DNA from: Lingula anatina
Taxonomy: Eukaryota > Animalia > Brachiopoda
DNA: 64,000 nucleotides
Assembly: GCA_051362555.1 (NCBI GenBank)
Contig: CM120646.1
Coordinates: 6,572,001 to 6,636,000 of the forward strand
Reading direction: 5' to 3'
Positions 40,160-54,510 of the stretch are shown here, piece after piece. The stretch's first letter is position 1, and the number at the start of each line of letters is the position of its first letter. Both the position numbers and the translations under genes were made by a program. Under the pieces are notes generated by a model, which saw nothing but the letters and a program-made list of their open reading frames with translations, did no database searches and was not told the DNA's origin.

Positions 40160-40234
40160 GCTTCCTTATACTTTTTTTTTTACAATTGATGATGATGATG
40201 TTTATTTACGTAAATTTAGGCTTCCTTATACTTT
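40160..40234 (-). mobile_element. 5'-truncated non-LTR retroposon tail (45 bp) flanked by 15-bp TSD
   Basis: GCTTCCTTATACTTT at 40160-40174 and 40220-40234. The insert read on the minus strand gives AATAAA-(CAT)4-CAATTGT-poly(A). Confidence 0.75.
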
Positions 40235-41357
40235 CAGAATATTCATTTGCTAATACGGAGATCCTTGTTTGCAGATTTGCATGGAACACAATGGGAAGGG
40301 ATAGAACGTTTTAAAAAGCCACCATAATACATTTAATGATTCATCATTTGTTTATATGGTAAACAGATGTACCTACTTACATTATATAGTGCGTATTATT
40401 AGCGTCGATTAAATCTATTAAACCCTAGTTTTCAAATTTAGCTTTAAATTCTGGCGAAAAGAAAAATAATCATGACTTATGCCAACGCCATTTACCCTAT
40501 CATTGCTAATGAGATGCAACTAAAACTCTAAGTTCGCCGTTTCTCGTGAGCGTTTCTGCTCATGTTAATCATTTGAATAATTCCTCTTCTTATAGAAAAA
40601 AAACCGCTTGTATCTCTTCCCAAAGACTTAACATGGTCACGGAAAAACGGCAGTAAAACAAACAGAGAAAAAATAGCCTCTGCGTTGCGTTATATTTTTA
40701 TATTCTGAGTGTCGGAAGCGCATTCAATCATTTTCAATCAAGCAACCTTGCAATCCGTTCCGTTCTCTGTGCTTGTAATATGTTACTTTCCTATAGTCAT
40801 TGTCTAAGAAGGCTACAGGTTCCATTGCCATAGCCTTGGCGTGGCTCGGAGTAGATAAGGCATCGCCTAATTTGTCGTCGTTTAATTAAACGTCCAACAG
40901 ATAGCGTTTTTTGATAAGATCGAATCCTAAATCAAACTGATCGATTTCAAGGGCCTCTAGGGATTATATATTGCCTTGATAATTGCAAATTGTGACTTTG
41001 CTAACTCAGCTGACCGTTGCTTGTTATGTCGTGATTTATTTCTTTGTCGTCAGAATTTTGAAAAATGTGAACAATGGGGATTAAAGAATATGCCAATCAA
41101 AGCGATCAGAATGCTACAAATTTAACATCTCTGAAAGCAAGAATATGAAAGCAAAAAGTGGCAAAATATGTATGTTTTCCTTCTTTTAAAATTAGTTAAT
41201 TTTTCATTTAAAATAGGTTAACGAATCCGTGACAGAAGGTGTTTGTGTATAACATGACAATATAGAACACTTCATTTCTTCATTAAAAATGCAAAGTTAT
41301 CCACTCACAAAGCATGTACAAAATATTATACAAAATATTATCTAAAGACTGTAAACA

Positions 41358-41387
41358 AATAATAATAATAATAATAATAATAATAAC

Positions 41388-41421
<34 letters not shown>
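41358..41421. repeat. Inverted (AAT)n/(ATT)n microsatellite palindrome
   Basis: About 10 AAT units abut about 11 TAT units with only a few bases at the junction. Confidence 0.9.
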
Positions 41422-41422
<1 letters not shown>

Positions 41423-44400
41423 TAACAATAATGCCTCGCTGCTGTTTGTTCATTTTGATAGTAAAATGAATAACATTACTGTTCTTTGAACCCTCTATAT
41501 ATACAACAGAGATAGTATAATTACACTTACTAGTAGCTATATATAATTGCGTAAAGTTGAACAACGGACGTACATGAGGAAATGTTCAAATCTCAAATGC
41601 AGAAAGGTTAAGCGCACTCACTCAATATCTATCTTTTATTACTGGTATTTCCGCTATATATATGTTTACAAGGGTTGCGACTGAATGCAGAGGATATCGT
41701 AAATTTGCCCAGGAATAGCAGGCGCCCTGACAGTAGAGGTATGTGCGGATGGTGTCTTATGCACGGCTGTAATGGAAACGCACCGTGTATTTATGATAAC
41801 GGCGTTCAGGTTACAAAATATTGAGTAGCAATACGAAAAGAGAGAGAGAGAGAGAGATTAAGTATATAATGGTGAACTTGTTTGATATCATCATTTAAAT
41901 GAATGTGGCAACATGGCCTCTTGAAATAGATAATGAAAAGCAAATTTATATAAATTGTTTTATATTTCTGAATATAACACAAGCACTGGATTTGATCAAC
42001 ATTAAAGTCGACATGGTTTCAGCTAGAAGGAAAAAAAATTAACTGATAGATAAATTGCGAATTGTCTCTCAGAATTAAATTACTGATATATCCTGTCTTT
42101 GTAACTACTTTTACGCTGTCCTGTTCTTTGTTATATCAATCAGATATATATTTATCATTCAGAATGGTTCGATTGGTTTTTGAATTATCGATCCACGTAT
42201 TGACCGTTTTTTCTCGCATTAACAACACATAAAAAATGTGACATTTAAATGGAATATACATGAATCACCCCAACAAAAATAGAACATGAATGCAGAAGAA
42301 AAATGCAGACCAGAAAATGAAGCTCTGCAAAAACTGGTAGTCCTTAAAGCGTGTATCACCCACCCGCACCCCCAGGTTGTCTTGTAACCCCCTTGTTTTA
42401 CAACCTCGCCAACAAAGCCCCTCGCTCATCATCTGTTACCCATTCGTATTAACGTCACTTTAACTGTGCAGATTAATGCCACTTTAACCGAAGTAACAGC
42501 TTAAACGAATATAATTCATCTACTTTAGTGTCGAATTAACACTTTAAAGTCCCTTAAAGGTACTTGAGGGCGGAACTGTTGATTCACTGATTAATACATA
42601 CGTTAAGTTGAGGACCAGATGTCCAGATAGTTCAAGAGGCGATTGACCGCTGGTTACTTGAGAGCTACTTCCAGTAGGTAATATTACATTTTTGTTGTTG
42701 AATATATTGATTCATTGTTTTGTATTTGGGATTCTCTAGTGTTCTCTATGTTTCTCTATGTTTGGCGTAAAATTGTTTTTGGATGCGATTGCAAATTGAC
42801 ATGCACCCGAAGAAAAATGATAATGATTTGAACACAAATAAATACTTGGACAATAGACAATAAACCGTATTTTCCTTCTGATTAAAAGACAGAGTGGTGG
42901 ATGCAATATAAGAATAGAGCTATACGTATATATACATTTCAGTTCTAAATCTCGAAAATGTTCGAAAGTTATTCTCGAGAGTCACGTTTTTATGTGGATT
43001 GAAACGTGTAATGAAACCAGTCTCTACTAAGCCACAAGTCTATATTTACCCCATGGAAGAGAAATTTTAAGCTCTAACATGGAGATGGTCTTACTCGGCG
43101 ACAAATTTAATCAAGTTAAACGTCGATGCCACACTAGTGAAGACGCCGCTGTTCCGCTCTCTATCTATTATATTAACTTTAATTAAGTATCAATGTTCAG
43201 CATGACTCCCACGCCTATTGTAAAGATAAAAAAGACCCCATTTCCTTGCAGAACATTATCAGCTTTTTTTTTCTTTACAATTATTTTGGTGGCATAGGAA
43301 GAGATTTAATTTTAAATTTGACTAAGTTTGTGGGTAATTTAGGTATCAACCCACACCCACGCTTGGCCAAGGTCCCAATGCATTAAGGCCGGTGGTCTCC
43401 AACTTGGCACCTAAGCCGTACATAATTCTTTGATTTATCCGAAAAACACATCTAATAAGCGAATCCCATATTTCACAGTGTCACTCGGTTCTCAGTTTAG
43501 TACAAAAGGAAACACCCGGGCTCCAACGGTATGAAGACTTCATAAAAAGCACCGATGCCGATTTTCTTACGCAAAATACTCCCAAGGGCAATGGCACCGT
43601 AGGATAATGGGACAAATTATTGTAATCGTTCTCTTTTCAAGGAGTGTCGTCAAAACAGTGTTTTGTGAAAATTGGAAGAAATTGACTTGCAGTTTCCACA
43701 ACATTGTTGATAATAAAACTCAAAACTAAAAGAAAAAAAAAACAAACAAAACAGGTATTTTGCCCACTATTTGCAAATGTTACTGACAATACTCACGACA
43801 TATATCATTGGTTTTTCACAATAATTATGTTACTTAATTACTCACACTCCACACGAGACTTGCACTTCAAACTATACTATTGTTTCCATCAGTTAGGTTC
43901 TAAATGAGAAATACAATGACAGCAAAGATATTGAAAATCGATAGCGGGATAAAGCACACGCGGTTGGCGCGGTATACGAAAGATGATAAAATTGGTTACT
44001 ACAGTATAATCACGTTGATGAAAAGAGAAGCCGGGATTAAAATAAATAATGGTCCAATGCATTTCTCAAAATGATATTAGATATTTGAAAAGAGAGTCTT
44101 AGAAAAATACCTAACTAAAGAAACAGCGTGAAAATATAAATAAATATTCTCTTATATACGCAGTGGGATTTCATTATCATAATTATAATGCAGCAAAGCT
44201 ACAATAAAGACAAACTTAAATAATCGCTTCTTTAAGAGGAATTACATAGAAAAATACTGATCTAAGTACAGTATATATATGCATCAGCGTAGTAGGCATA
44301 TAATAAACTCGTAGTCAATTAAGCTGTCACTGAACTCATTTCACATGTTTAGACATGGTGAATAATATAGTGTTGGGGAATATTGTGGGAATAGTTTTAT

Positions 44401-47400
44401 GTGAGGATATGATTTGATAAATTTTTTGAAAAAAACAAAGGGTTACACGTACATCAATATTTATCGATGACTAAACCGGTAGGCATTAGATTTTTTAACA
44501 AACTGAGTTGCACATGTCAAAAATCTGATACATCAGGAAAACTAACGATGCAACTGAAATAAATGAGGTAGTACAGTCTTACGAAAACACGAATCGTACT
44601 CTGGAAACCGCACAGACTTAAGTACAGAAAAAAATCTGTTGGAAAAATAATAAATCACGGGTGTCCAATTAAGTGCTGTCATAGATAATTACAACATAAT
44701 ATGCAATCGTTGATACCATGTACGAGCCCGGCTAATGTCATTTATCTTGAACACAGAAAAGGAGGAGTGCAACGTCATGTTTCCTACTTGAATCAAACAA
44801 TAAACTGTAGTATTTATTTGTCTTGTATGTTTAGATTCTTAATCGAAGCCGCGTACCGGAAAGGAAGAACGGGACTAATGCCCTGTGTCTCTACGAAAGG
44901 GATCCTATGTCGGATCAGTAATAAATAGATAATTATGCATGACCGAATGGACGCCATGTAATGTGCACTGATACATTTGATCGGTCAAGATACACGTTCG
45001 AGTAGATTTTTTGCAAATTCAAATTATGGGGTGTGTAAACAGCCAAGTTGCATACATCAAATAAAATAGACTAACTATTTAATTATATATATGATTAGCA
45101 GGAAGGTGTTATTAAATATTTGTATCTGGTTTTCAGATTTATTGCACCTTTGAATATATAATCTGATTATTGTTTGGGAAACCTGTCTGTATATTGCCTC
45201 TGCTTATTCTGAATTTTCTTGAATTATTCTTGAACAACTATTTTAAAGAATCCAGTTTTGTGCTAGCTAACACTGTGCTCCCGCTTAGGATACTGTTAGG
45301 ATAGACTGATAAGAGCCAACGAAATTTTCTTTGAATATCAATATAGCATCCGCTCATAGTCTGGCACCGCAGGCAACATCCTATGAAACTAATTTCTACC
45401 AAAACTTCCAGGCCACAAGTTATCATATGCTGCGAACTCTTATTTTACCATTTGACAATAATTGTTTCCACACTTAGAATGTGCATTGAATTGTCAGGCT
45501 ATTCAGTGGAATAGTTGCACCCGGTCCACAACATATATTAATTTTCGTTTAAATGCTACGTCTGTATTCGTAGGCCACTAGGGGTCGGTGTGACTTGACC
45601 TACACTAATATTATGGCGGTATTATATTGGAGGCGCTTACCTTTTGTTGGCAATGCTCCCACGTTAGCGCAATAACTCCAAAAAGTGATGGTATAAACGA
45701 AACGCAGTACCCCACATGTGCTTTAGGAAAAGTCAACCGTGGTTAAGTTCAAGATAGTTACACTGTAGTAAAAACAGCCTATATATTTTAGTTAAGTAAA
45801 CTAAATTATCTGCGTTGTTTGTGATTATTTCGTTATATACTTACTTGTATACATTTTATGAACTTAATTAGTTTGTTAATTTGGATAATAAATTGCTACA
45901 TCCATGCCATTGGAATAATATTTCAAACAAAAGGTGGATTTGTGTAAAAAAGTACATAACATTTTTCTGAATTTTAAATTCTTTTTTTTTTCTTTTTTTG
46001 AACACTCATCTCTTTTAACATTCAGTCTTTTGTATGAAAATTAAGACGTGTAAAAAATAAGACATTATCTAAGAAATTGTATATGTGCTTCCCTCATGTA
46101 TCCAAATGGTAATTAAATATTCGAATTCTATATCAATAAATATAATGCTCAACTTATTTTACAACTTGATTTTTTTTAACATTTTAAGGCTGTCTATATC
46201 AAATACATATGTTGTTGCCTTGGTTCTAAAGAAACAAACAAAGAAAAAACAGCAACCAAAATGTATGGTATGGCTACAAATTTAGAAAAAAATGGACTGC
46301 TGTTGGTTCCCAGTGTTCCAGGATAATCTAGACAAAAATTACTCAAAGGCAGGTGTGGTTAACCAACCATAATATCATTCTTGCCCTTTGAGACCCCAAA
46401 AGACCTAGTCACTGGGCTTTTGTTGGACCATAGCCCAGGAACGGTGCCTAATATCAACATGGGTAGCCATAAACGTCATTTTTTGCCGCAATTTGTATTC
46501 TTTAACAAGTAGCAAATCAAAGCTTCGGATTGACGAGCGAATTAGACGGACGCTGTGTTGTTACCTGCTTTAAGTCTCTCTAGCGTCAACAGCGTTTAAG
46601 TGCCCTCATTACCAGACCAGAGAAAGGAGTGATTTTGGTAATGGCTTAAGGTCGCGATGTTAGAGCTGCAAGGTTTAAAAGGCTGCAGGAATAAACGTCT
46701 TTTTTATATGGGGCACCAGAACGCCGGAGTCTTTGCATATGATTTATATGGTGCACTGAAGAGGCATCCGGTTCTTATTGACCTTAATTGAAATGCAAGT
46801 TTCCAATAAATATCAAAATGGCAGGAAATGCACTGGAAGAGGTTGATGTTGTATCTTGACTTTTGAGAAACTGTAGTTGATTTAAAACAATATCTGTAAA
46901 ATATGTGCAAAGCTAGGTACATTTAATTAACTTATGAAATATAAATAAATTAATTTATAAATGTATATCTTATATAAGAAGGTAAATATATGTCATCGGT
47001 CAAGTTTCTAATCAAAATTGTAATAGGTTTTATCTTTATTATTTTTTTAATTAAAGCTAAATATTAAGATAAGCCTATTTTGTCTGCTGACATAAAGAGT
47101 GAAATATCTTTACCTTTTCATTTTGTGATGATAAATATATGAATATTTTGATTTTAATAGTTTGACATCTAAAACCAAAATATCGAGCTTAAAAATATCT
47201 TGAAAACAATGTTTCCATCGAAATTTTCAGATAAGTCAGCAATCTGTATTGAATAAATTGGATGTACTAATGAGAGGTATCATGAACTCTTCATCACGCG
47301 TTTGGTAACAAAAACATGTATAGAAAATTGTTAGAGAAATTAATGAACACGAAAGTGTACGCATACTAAAAATGTTGCTTGGAATGTGCAAATAGATTTA

Positions 47401-48064
47401 GAAGAGCTTTGCCAAGATATATGTATGTATGTACCTATTTTTTTAGACCAGGCCCTGGAGATATTTGATCAGATGGCTTGTTACATTTCTGACATGGTAC
47501 CGCACATATTAATAAGGTTTCTTTAAGGTGGATGACCTACCATGGATTTTTCAATGTGAAAATTCATCCTTGAGGATTCATTCACAGGGTACTCATATCT
47601 CCCGCAGATGTATTTTAAAACACGATTCAAAGTAAAGGTTTGACCTTTTTTAGACTCATTTCAAGTTGAGTTCTGAAATTAGTGACAGCGGGGCCTCTGT
47701 AAAATATCGATACGTACAGCGCTGTGGTTTGTGTTGAAATAAATTATCGTTACGAAACCAGGGGTCGAAAGAGGTCCTCTGCCAGTATACTCATCTGACA
47801 TTATTTTACGTGCATGCGATTTATTTTTTTCATGTCCAATTCATTACACCATAAACATTGTTTTAGTTTAAAGTTTGGTTCTGATTCTAAAAAATGCCCT
47901 ATTGTTTTCATGTAACGTACTGTGCATGCACTCAGTATACAGTTAATGTACACTAATTTGATGTTTTGGATATGAGGTAATGGTACATTTGACAGCTTCT
48001 ATCTGAACTTAGATATCCCAATTAATAGGCAACCAATGCATATTATATTTATTACAGTACTTTA

Positions 48065-48065
<1 letters not shown>

Positions 48066-48119
<54 letters not shown>
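48066..48119. repeat. (ATT)n microsatellite
   Basis: Seen directly. Confidence 0.95.
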
Positions 48120-50326
48120 TCCAGACGAACGAAACTTCTCATTTAGAGAGCATATCCTATATATGCGTAAATGCCCAGTTATGTCTTTATGGTTTAAGCA
48201 TACATTTTATTTTTAGGCAGTTATTTTTCTGTGATTGCATATTGTCTGTTTTCCATCTTTGATAGTTATTTTTGAATTTTTTAAAGTTAATGTGTTATCA
48301 ATACGTTACAAAAGATACCAATATCTATGTAATGGACGATTCATGTTGACCAAAGCTAAATATATATATACAATATAGGATGTGATATGATTGACATTAG
48401 TTTAAAAATATTAATCATTCTAAATATTTAGGTGTTAACTATGACAACAAAATACCAATATTCGCTTAATTGAAACTCCCTTATGTAAAATTAATCCGTC
48501 ATTTCACTAACGTCTGTCAAGAAAACCTTCAATAGAATACCAATACAATTTGTATGAAATCATTTAATCACAATTAATAATTTGTCATGGTCGCTATCAC
48601 AAAGTCAATTCATACTTTGTATATGTTCTTCGACATCGGCCTTTTTTATATCAACCACCGTAGAATTGAAGTAACATACCTAACTGGTGACACGGGGCTT
48701 ATGTTACGAAACCTGAACTGACATGATTGCGCCGACGGTGAGGCATCGTCTTACCGTAATGATAGTATTCAGCTCTCTTTAACATAACTGAAGAATACTA
48801 CCTTTTAAAACAGGTTATGTTGAAGTGGCGAATTAAATAATGTAGATGTATTTTTGCTGATTTGGGAGTAAAATATATTAAAGTCCATCGCTGAACTGAG
48901 AAGGTGATGGTGCCATGTCGCCGTGTTCGTATCCTGGGGCAGATTTGTTCTGTTAAAAAAAAATGCAACAGCGATCTGCAACTTCTTTGGTTACTTCCAT
49001 AGTAAACAAACATTGACGAGGCACACCGTTTATCATCACATCAAATTTAGCTTCACCTGTCAAACATAAACTGTGCTGATTATAAGGTGAATTCTCAAGT
49101 CGTATTGCCAACTATTCCCAACCGTCTCATTTCACTCAGACAGTTCTAGAGTACCGTTCACTCTATGGGACACACTGGTTTACGTCGCGCTCGTAAAGGT
49201 CCTCCCTGTTGCTTGACAACGAGTGTTTTTAACAAGGTAAGAAATATGTTTTCCATTCGGCGCTCTGGCTTGTTTTAGGAAAATTAATACCATAAAGGTC
49301 AAAAGGGCATACTTAACGGTACACAGTGGTAATACGCCATAGAAAATGTCCCGTAGAAAGATCAGGCAATTCAACCGTAGGACCATTTTCCCCATTTTGT
49401 GACACGGGTGATCGGTAATTTGAAAAGTTCAGCTGCAATTTCTTTTTTTTTGTCCTCCAGGCGAAGGGAAATTTGCGAGTGTTGCCATAAAGTGCTACGT
49501 TGTTGAAATCGCGGTCAAAATGGCGGATGTGTGGAATTTACATTCTGCGTTTAAATCGTCTGTCATCGAAATATCAACATTTTGTAGCTGGATTTTTTCG
49601 AAAGACATCATAAAATGTATAGCTGTTCACGATACAAATTTATTATGTGTATGGTAGTCGGAAAATAGGCGAAACAGACTATATTGTAGTCGACTTAATT
49701 TCGTCTTTGACTGTGCACTGGTATTTAACCCGAGAAACGTCCCCCCATATTCACGACATTGTCATGAATTCTGTGTCAAAGTATTTTCTGTCATCGATAC
49801 CTTAACAGTACGCCCTAATTACACGGTAAATAACGACACCTTCTTATTTGGTCGTCTGCGGGCACAAAATAGTGTTTATTTAAATGGTCTATAATTCCAG
49901 ACATTAATACGTGTCCAAGGTTGAGTTACAATTCCCTTGTGAGACAAATATTTCCCAGTGCCATTCTTGCGTGTTCTTTTTTTTTTTTTTTTGTCCCCGT
50001 CTAATTTCATTCAGATGTTTAATTCGTCTATCGATTTCAAGTTTTAAATTATTGCCATGCCTCCTATAACGCAATTTAGTCGGGATTAAACTGTAGATTA
50101 TCAGAGACCTTCTGAAATCGAAATCTCTCTCAATAAAATTGTAATCTAATCAAATGGCATAGTAGTCGATCCCTACGGGGATGGTACAGCTTACCTTTTT
50201 AATAGAACGGCTCATCTCAACCCTTGCAGACGGCATGAAATCCAGTCGAAAATGGCCGCTGTTGCCAATTTATTTTTTGAAAACAACGGAATCGCTGTAA
50301 ATTTGACCTACTTTTCCTTTCAGCAG

Positions 50327-50400
50327 ACGTTCAGTCAGATGTGCACAGCGGGCCCAGTTCCTTTCTCAAGTATATAGAAGAGGAGTCCGCACACAAACAG
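50327..50400 (+). other. Candidate internal exon with NAGNAG acceptor
   Basis: ttgacctacttttcctttCAGCAG acceptor and CAG|GTCAGT donor. Confidence 0.25.
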
Positions 50401-53120
50401 GTCAGTCGCAATGACAAGACATGATTTGTCATTTGAAAATTGGACTAATTCCCGTCTGTGAGTTGTTGTGTGTACCATTGTATTTTATTGCAGATATGCT
50501 AGCGTAAATACGACGAGGTTAGCTTAGCAATGATAATTTTAATATTGAATGTTAATATTTTTCTCACCACAATATTAAGAACATCAAATTACACATACAA
50601 GAAAGGCTATTCATGAAAATGATAGAAAGGGTAAGATCATTTATTGATGAGATGACAGCATCGGTTCTTAACTGAGAAGAAAAATAGCACCTGGGATATG
50701 AAACATTTGTAGACAGTTCCATGTTTATGGTAAACAAAAACAAAAATGAACACAAATGTAATGTTTAAACACCTTACCGGCTGCCCCATGCTGACAAAGC
50801 AGTAACCCCTATTTCTAAATTATTAAACGACTAAATGCTAATTTATCTTTAATCAAATGTTATGTCATTAATCAAAACATAATGCACTTTTGTGATACAA
50901 CTTACAATGTATACGCTAGATTATGAAATAAGGCTTAGAGTCGTTATTGAAATAACGTATGCGTTTCAATGTCAAAATCCAAACATGAATAGTGGCATAT
51001 GGGATTGTTGACAACGCAGAAAAAAATGAGCTTGTCTTATTTTGACGGTTAATTTTATGGAATGTAGACTAGGCTCACGCGGTGATCATCAGTGCCTTGG
51101 ATTCTTTTCCCTTTCAAAATACGAGGTGATTGCACTTATTAGGAATAAGGAATAACACATCCACTTGAAACTTATAAAGGATAAGCAGGGCTGCCCAAAA
51201 ATAAATATTTTTTAGCCCATGGCCCCCAAATTAAAAAATAAACACTTTGCCCATACAAAGTAAAAAATAAAATGAAAAGAAACGGATTAGTGATTTATTA
51301 ATTAATTTGTACCTGGTAATGGGTAAGTGGGTTTTAATTTGTTAGATATGTTAAATATTGAGTGAGGTCTGCCGTATGCTTTTTTTTATGAAAGGGAGAA
51401 AGAGAATATTTTGTTGTTGTTGAACCTCCTGCGGTGTGAAGGTTTTTAATGCCATCTATTTTTGCTTTAAATTTAAGCTTTTTTTGGATCAGAATGCTGC
51501 CATTGAACAAATGCAGTCAAATTAAGCGAACTTGAGATAGCAGATATCTTATCACAACGAATTCCCCTTCGGGTATGCATTTAAAAAATGCGTTAAACAC
51601 GTGGGGTTTATTACTTAAGGTGGGACTTTTGCCACATATCACACAGATTTCCACCCAACTCCCTCTTTTTCAAGGTTAACTGACATTCCCGTTTCGGTTC
51701 TCTCTTTGTCATTTTTCAAAACACCATAGCAATGAAATAAATAGCCTGTTTAATCTGTTTATCAACGGGATACAATTTCACATATTTTCACTTTTGACAC
51801 GGGATAGGTCTTTTGTTCGAAAATCCGATTTGTCGTGTTTTGGAGCCAAACAAAAGTAATGAATTAGATAATTCTCCTTTAAAGGCAAATTTGTTAATAT
51901 GTTTAAGATATGGATATCATATCAAGATACGTAATATTTAGTGATATGTTTTGGCTCTTGGGGTTATCATTCGCATTCTTTGTTGTATTAATTCATTTAT
52001 CCATAAAATTATCAGTTGGAAATGTACAGCTTCATTACAATAAATATGATCAACAATGCTTACCTGTATGTTTATCACATTTAAGTACTTAATTACATGT
52101 ACACAGGATTGCTCAAGCTCGCTTGTCATAGTAAAAGAATCGAGATAAAAGCAGTTCTGTAAAAAAAATGCATTAATCTGCGATAAGCAAGCATGAATAA
52201 TATTGCACAACAATAACAATTTAACTTGGTGTCTTTGATGTTAACTCTAAAAAAGTAAACAACGAGTCTACACGTATATGAATTAAACGTTGGGAAGAGA
52301 TTGGAAACCCCGGGAAACTGAAATCCTGGTCTTTCCGTTTTCTGTTCCTCCTTTCTCTACTCTCTGTTAAACGAAAATCTTAAAAGTTTTTGCATGAAAA
52401 CATCTTTAAATTTCTGTACCATCTAATCGTGAAATCCCTTCAGAAGTGTAGACGACTTTCCCTAATTCTGCACGCATATTAGGATCATATAATTGCCCTG
52501 GATCGGATCGTCTTAGCAACCAAAATTGCAATGTTCTTCTCTACTGCAATGGCCTTGCAGGCGCCATGTCGCTATGGAAAATGTAATGTATACATTAAGG
52601 TGTGCATTCTGATGTCACTGATATTAGAAGTGATAGAAATTACGGGTGCTTCGACAAAATGTTAGGATATTCGAAAAAAAGTAATATGACATAAAAGTAT
52701 GCATCGCCGAGGGGTTTTCCAGCATCTTGCTTGTGGCTATACGGTGTCTTCACAACTGAGAGGTCTTTTCTCGAAATCCTTGCTTGGCGTTAATTCAGCT
52801 GGCGCAATTCAAAAAGGTATGTTATCTGACGGGAAATTTGAATTGCGTCTCACATAGAAATGGTACAAAATATATGTTGCAAAATACCTCCTATGTTTTT
52901 ACCAAAGTTTGGTATAGGCAATCGGTACAATTGTACTTGTGTTGAACCATGCACTGTCTGATTTGGAATTTATTGTCGTTGGCGTAAGAACGAGGACCCC
53001 ACATCACTGTAAAATCTGAACACTTTTTTCAATAATAAAAAGGTCATTAGGTAACTTCATTATAGCCACATCTAGTGAACTGTTTTTGGAATACTATTAG
53101 CAAAGGGACATTAAGTGTAC

Positions 53121-53123
<3 letters not shown>

Positions 53124-53156
<33 letters not shown>
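53124..53156. repeat. (ATT)n microsatellite
   Basis: Seen directly. Confidence 0.9.
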
Positions 53157-53158
<2 letters not shown>

Positions 53159-54471
53159 GAGTTATCAAATGTCCATGTAATAAAAGGCTAGATACATTCG
53201 CTTCTAATTGAAATATTCATTTACATACATATTTGAAAGCACTCATATTGCAAACATAGTCCTACACATTTGCAATACATTACCTAGAAATGCAAATAAT
53301 TAAAGACATGTTGCGTGCGTGTCTAAAAATGTCTAGGTTCGATGCATTGTCAGTGCAGATTTAAACAGAAGTGTTTGCAAGTAAGGCATATAGGCGAAAG
53401 TCTTGCAAGACAACATATAATGCTAATACAATAGTTGTATCCCATATAGACGCAAGCTTGTTTTTAGCGGTACACGTACTGCATATTGCATACAATAACA
53501 GGTTATCAACATTTCATAAGTAGGTAAAAGAGATGGTGTAACAAATGTGAAATACCTAAAATAACTAATGTGAAAGTTGTCTCATTCCATGTATTAGCAC
53601 GAATGATTTCTCCCATGCACGTGGTTTCACTGTAATTCTTCCATCCTAGGTTCCATGCACCAAGTACCAAATACTCGGGTTGTTTGTTTCATAATACAAA
53701 TCTATTAAAAACTAATTTCCGTGCTAGTATATAATTTTTAGTCTCAGTATTTTAGGACTCATTCCCTATGGAACAGTCGTTTTCAGTATAGATCAAATCC
53801 AACGCCACGAGGTTAACAGATTTTAATCACGCACCCTCTCTAGCGTACTCTTACCATCACCAGCTTTTCTGCATTCTACCCGACGCAAGGTGGAAGCATG
53901 TTAACTGGTTAATCTGATTGCATTCAGCGAGAGTCTCCGCGAAGTTGGATCGATTTACGTCAAACGATAATTACATTGGGAATGATCCCTATATAGCCTT
54001 AAAAGTACGCGAGTGGGAAGGTGGTTTTGGATTTACCACTCAAGTATGACAGCGCATATATGAAAAAGATTCTACAATTCATGATGCGTTTTTATGTTTA
54101 TATATTTTTACTTCATTGTTTGTGATGGAGCCCCCATCCTGTGCATCAGAAGCGGGCAATAGCATTATATTTTAATTAAGACTTAGATAACATAAACTAT
54201 ATATAAACTACAGGTACTCATTATATGAAATAGGGGCTCTTAAGTTCTGCAAATATATCCTCAAAGGAAGTGCTTTATAATGCTCAGTTCAGACAAAAGT
54301 TGTAGTCATGGTCGTGATATATGTACTAGTATGAAGGGTATATGTAGAAAATGAGCACCAACGGAGAGCATATCAGGAAAAGAACGTGCATCTAGGCAAC
54401 TTTGCGTTTTTAAAGTAATCCGTGAACAATATACGTCTTGACAAATTCCCGCCACACAGCAAGGTCAGGTA

Positions 54472-54473
<2 letters not shown>

Positions 54474-54507
<34 letters not shown>
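54474..54507. repeat. (AT)n microsatellite
   Basis: Seen directly. Confidence 0.95.

Positions 54508-54510
<3 letters not shown>

Noticed and set aside
51187-51260. CAGGGCTGCCC hAT-like terminus, and lone GCACGCCCCTG near 56363
   Set aside because: No matching partner TIR or TSD was found.
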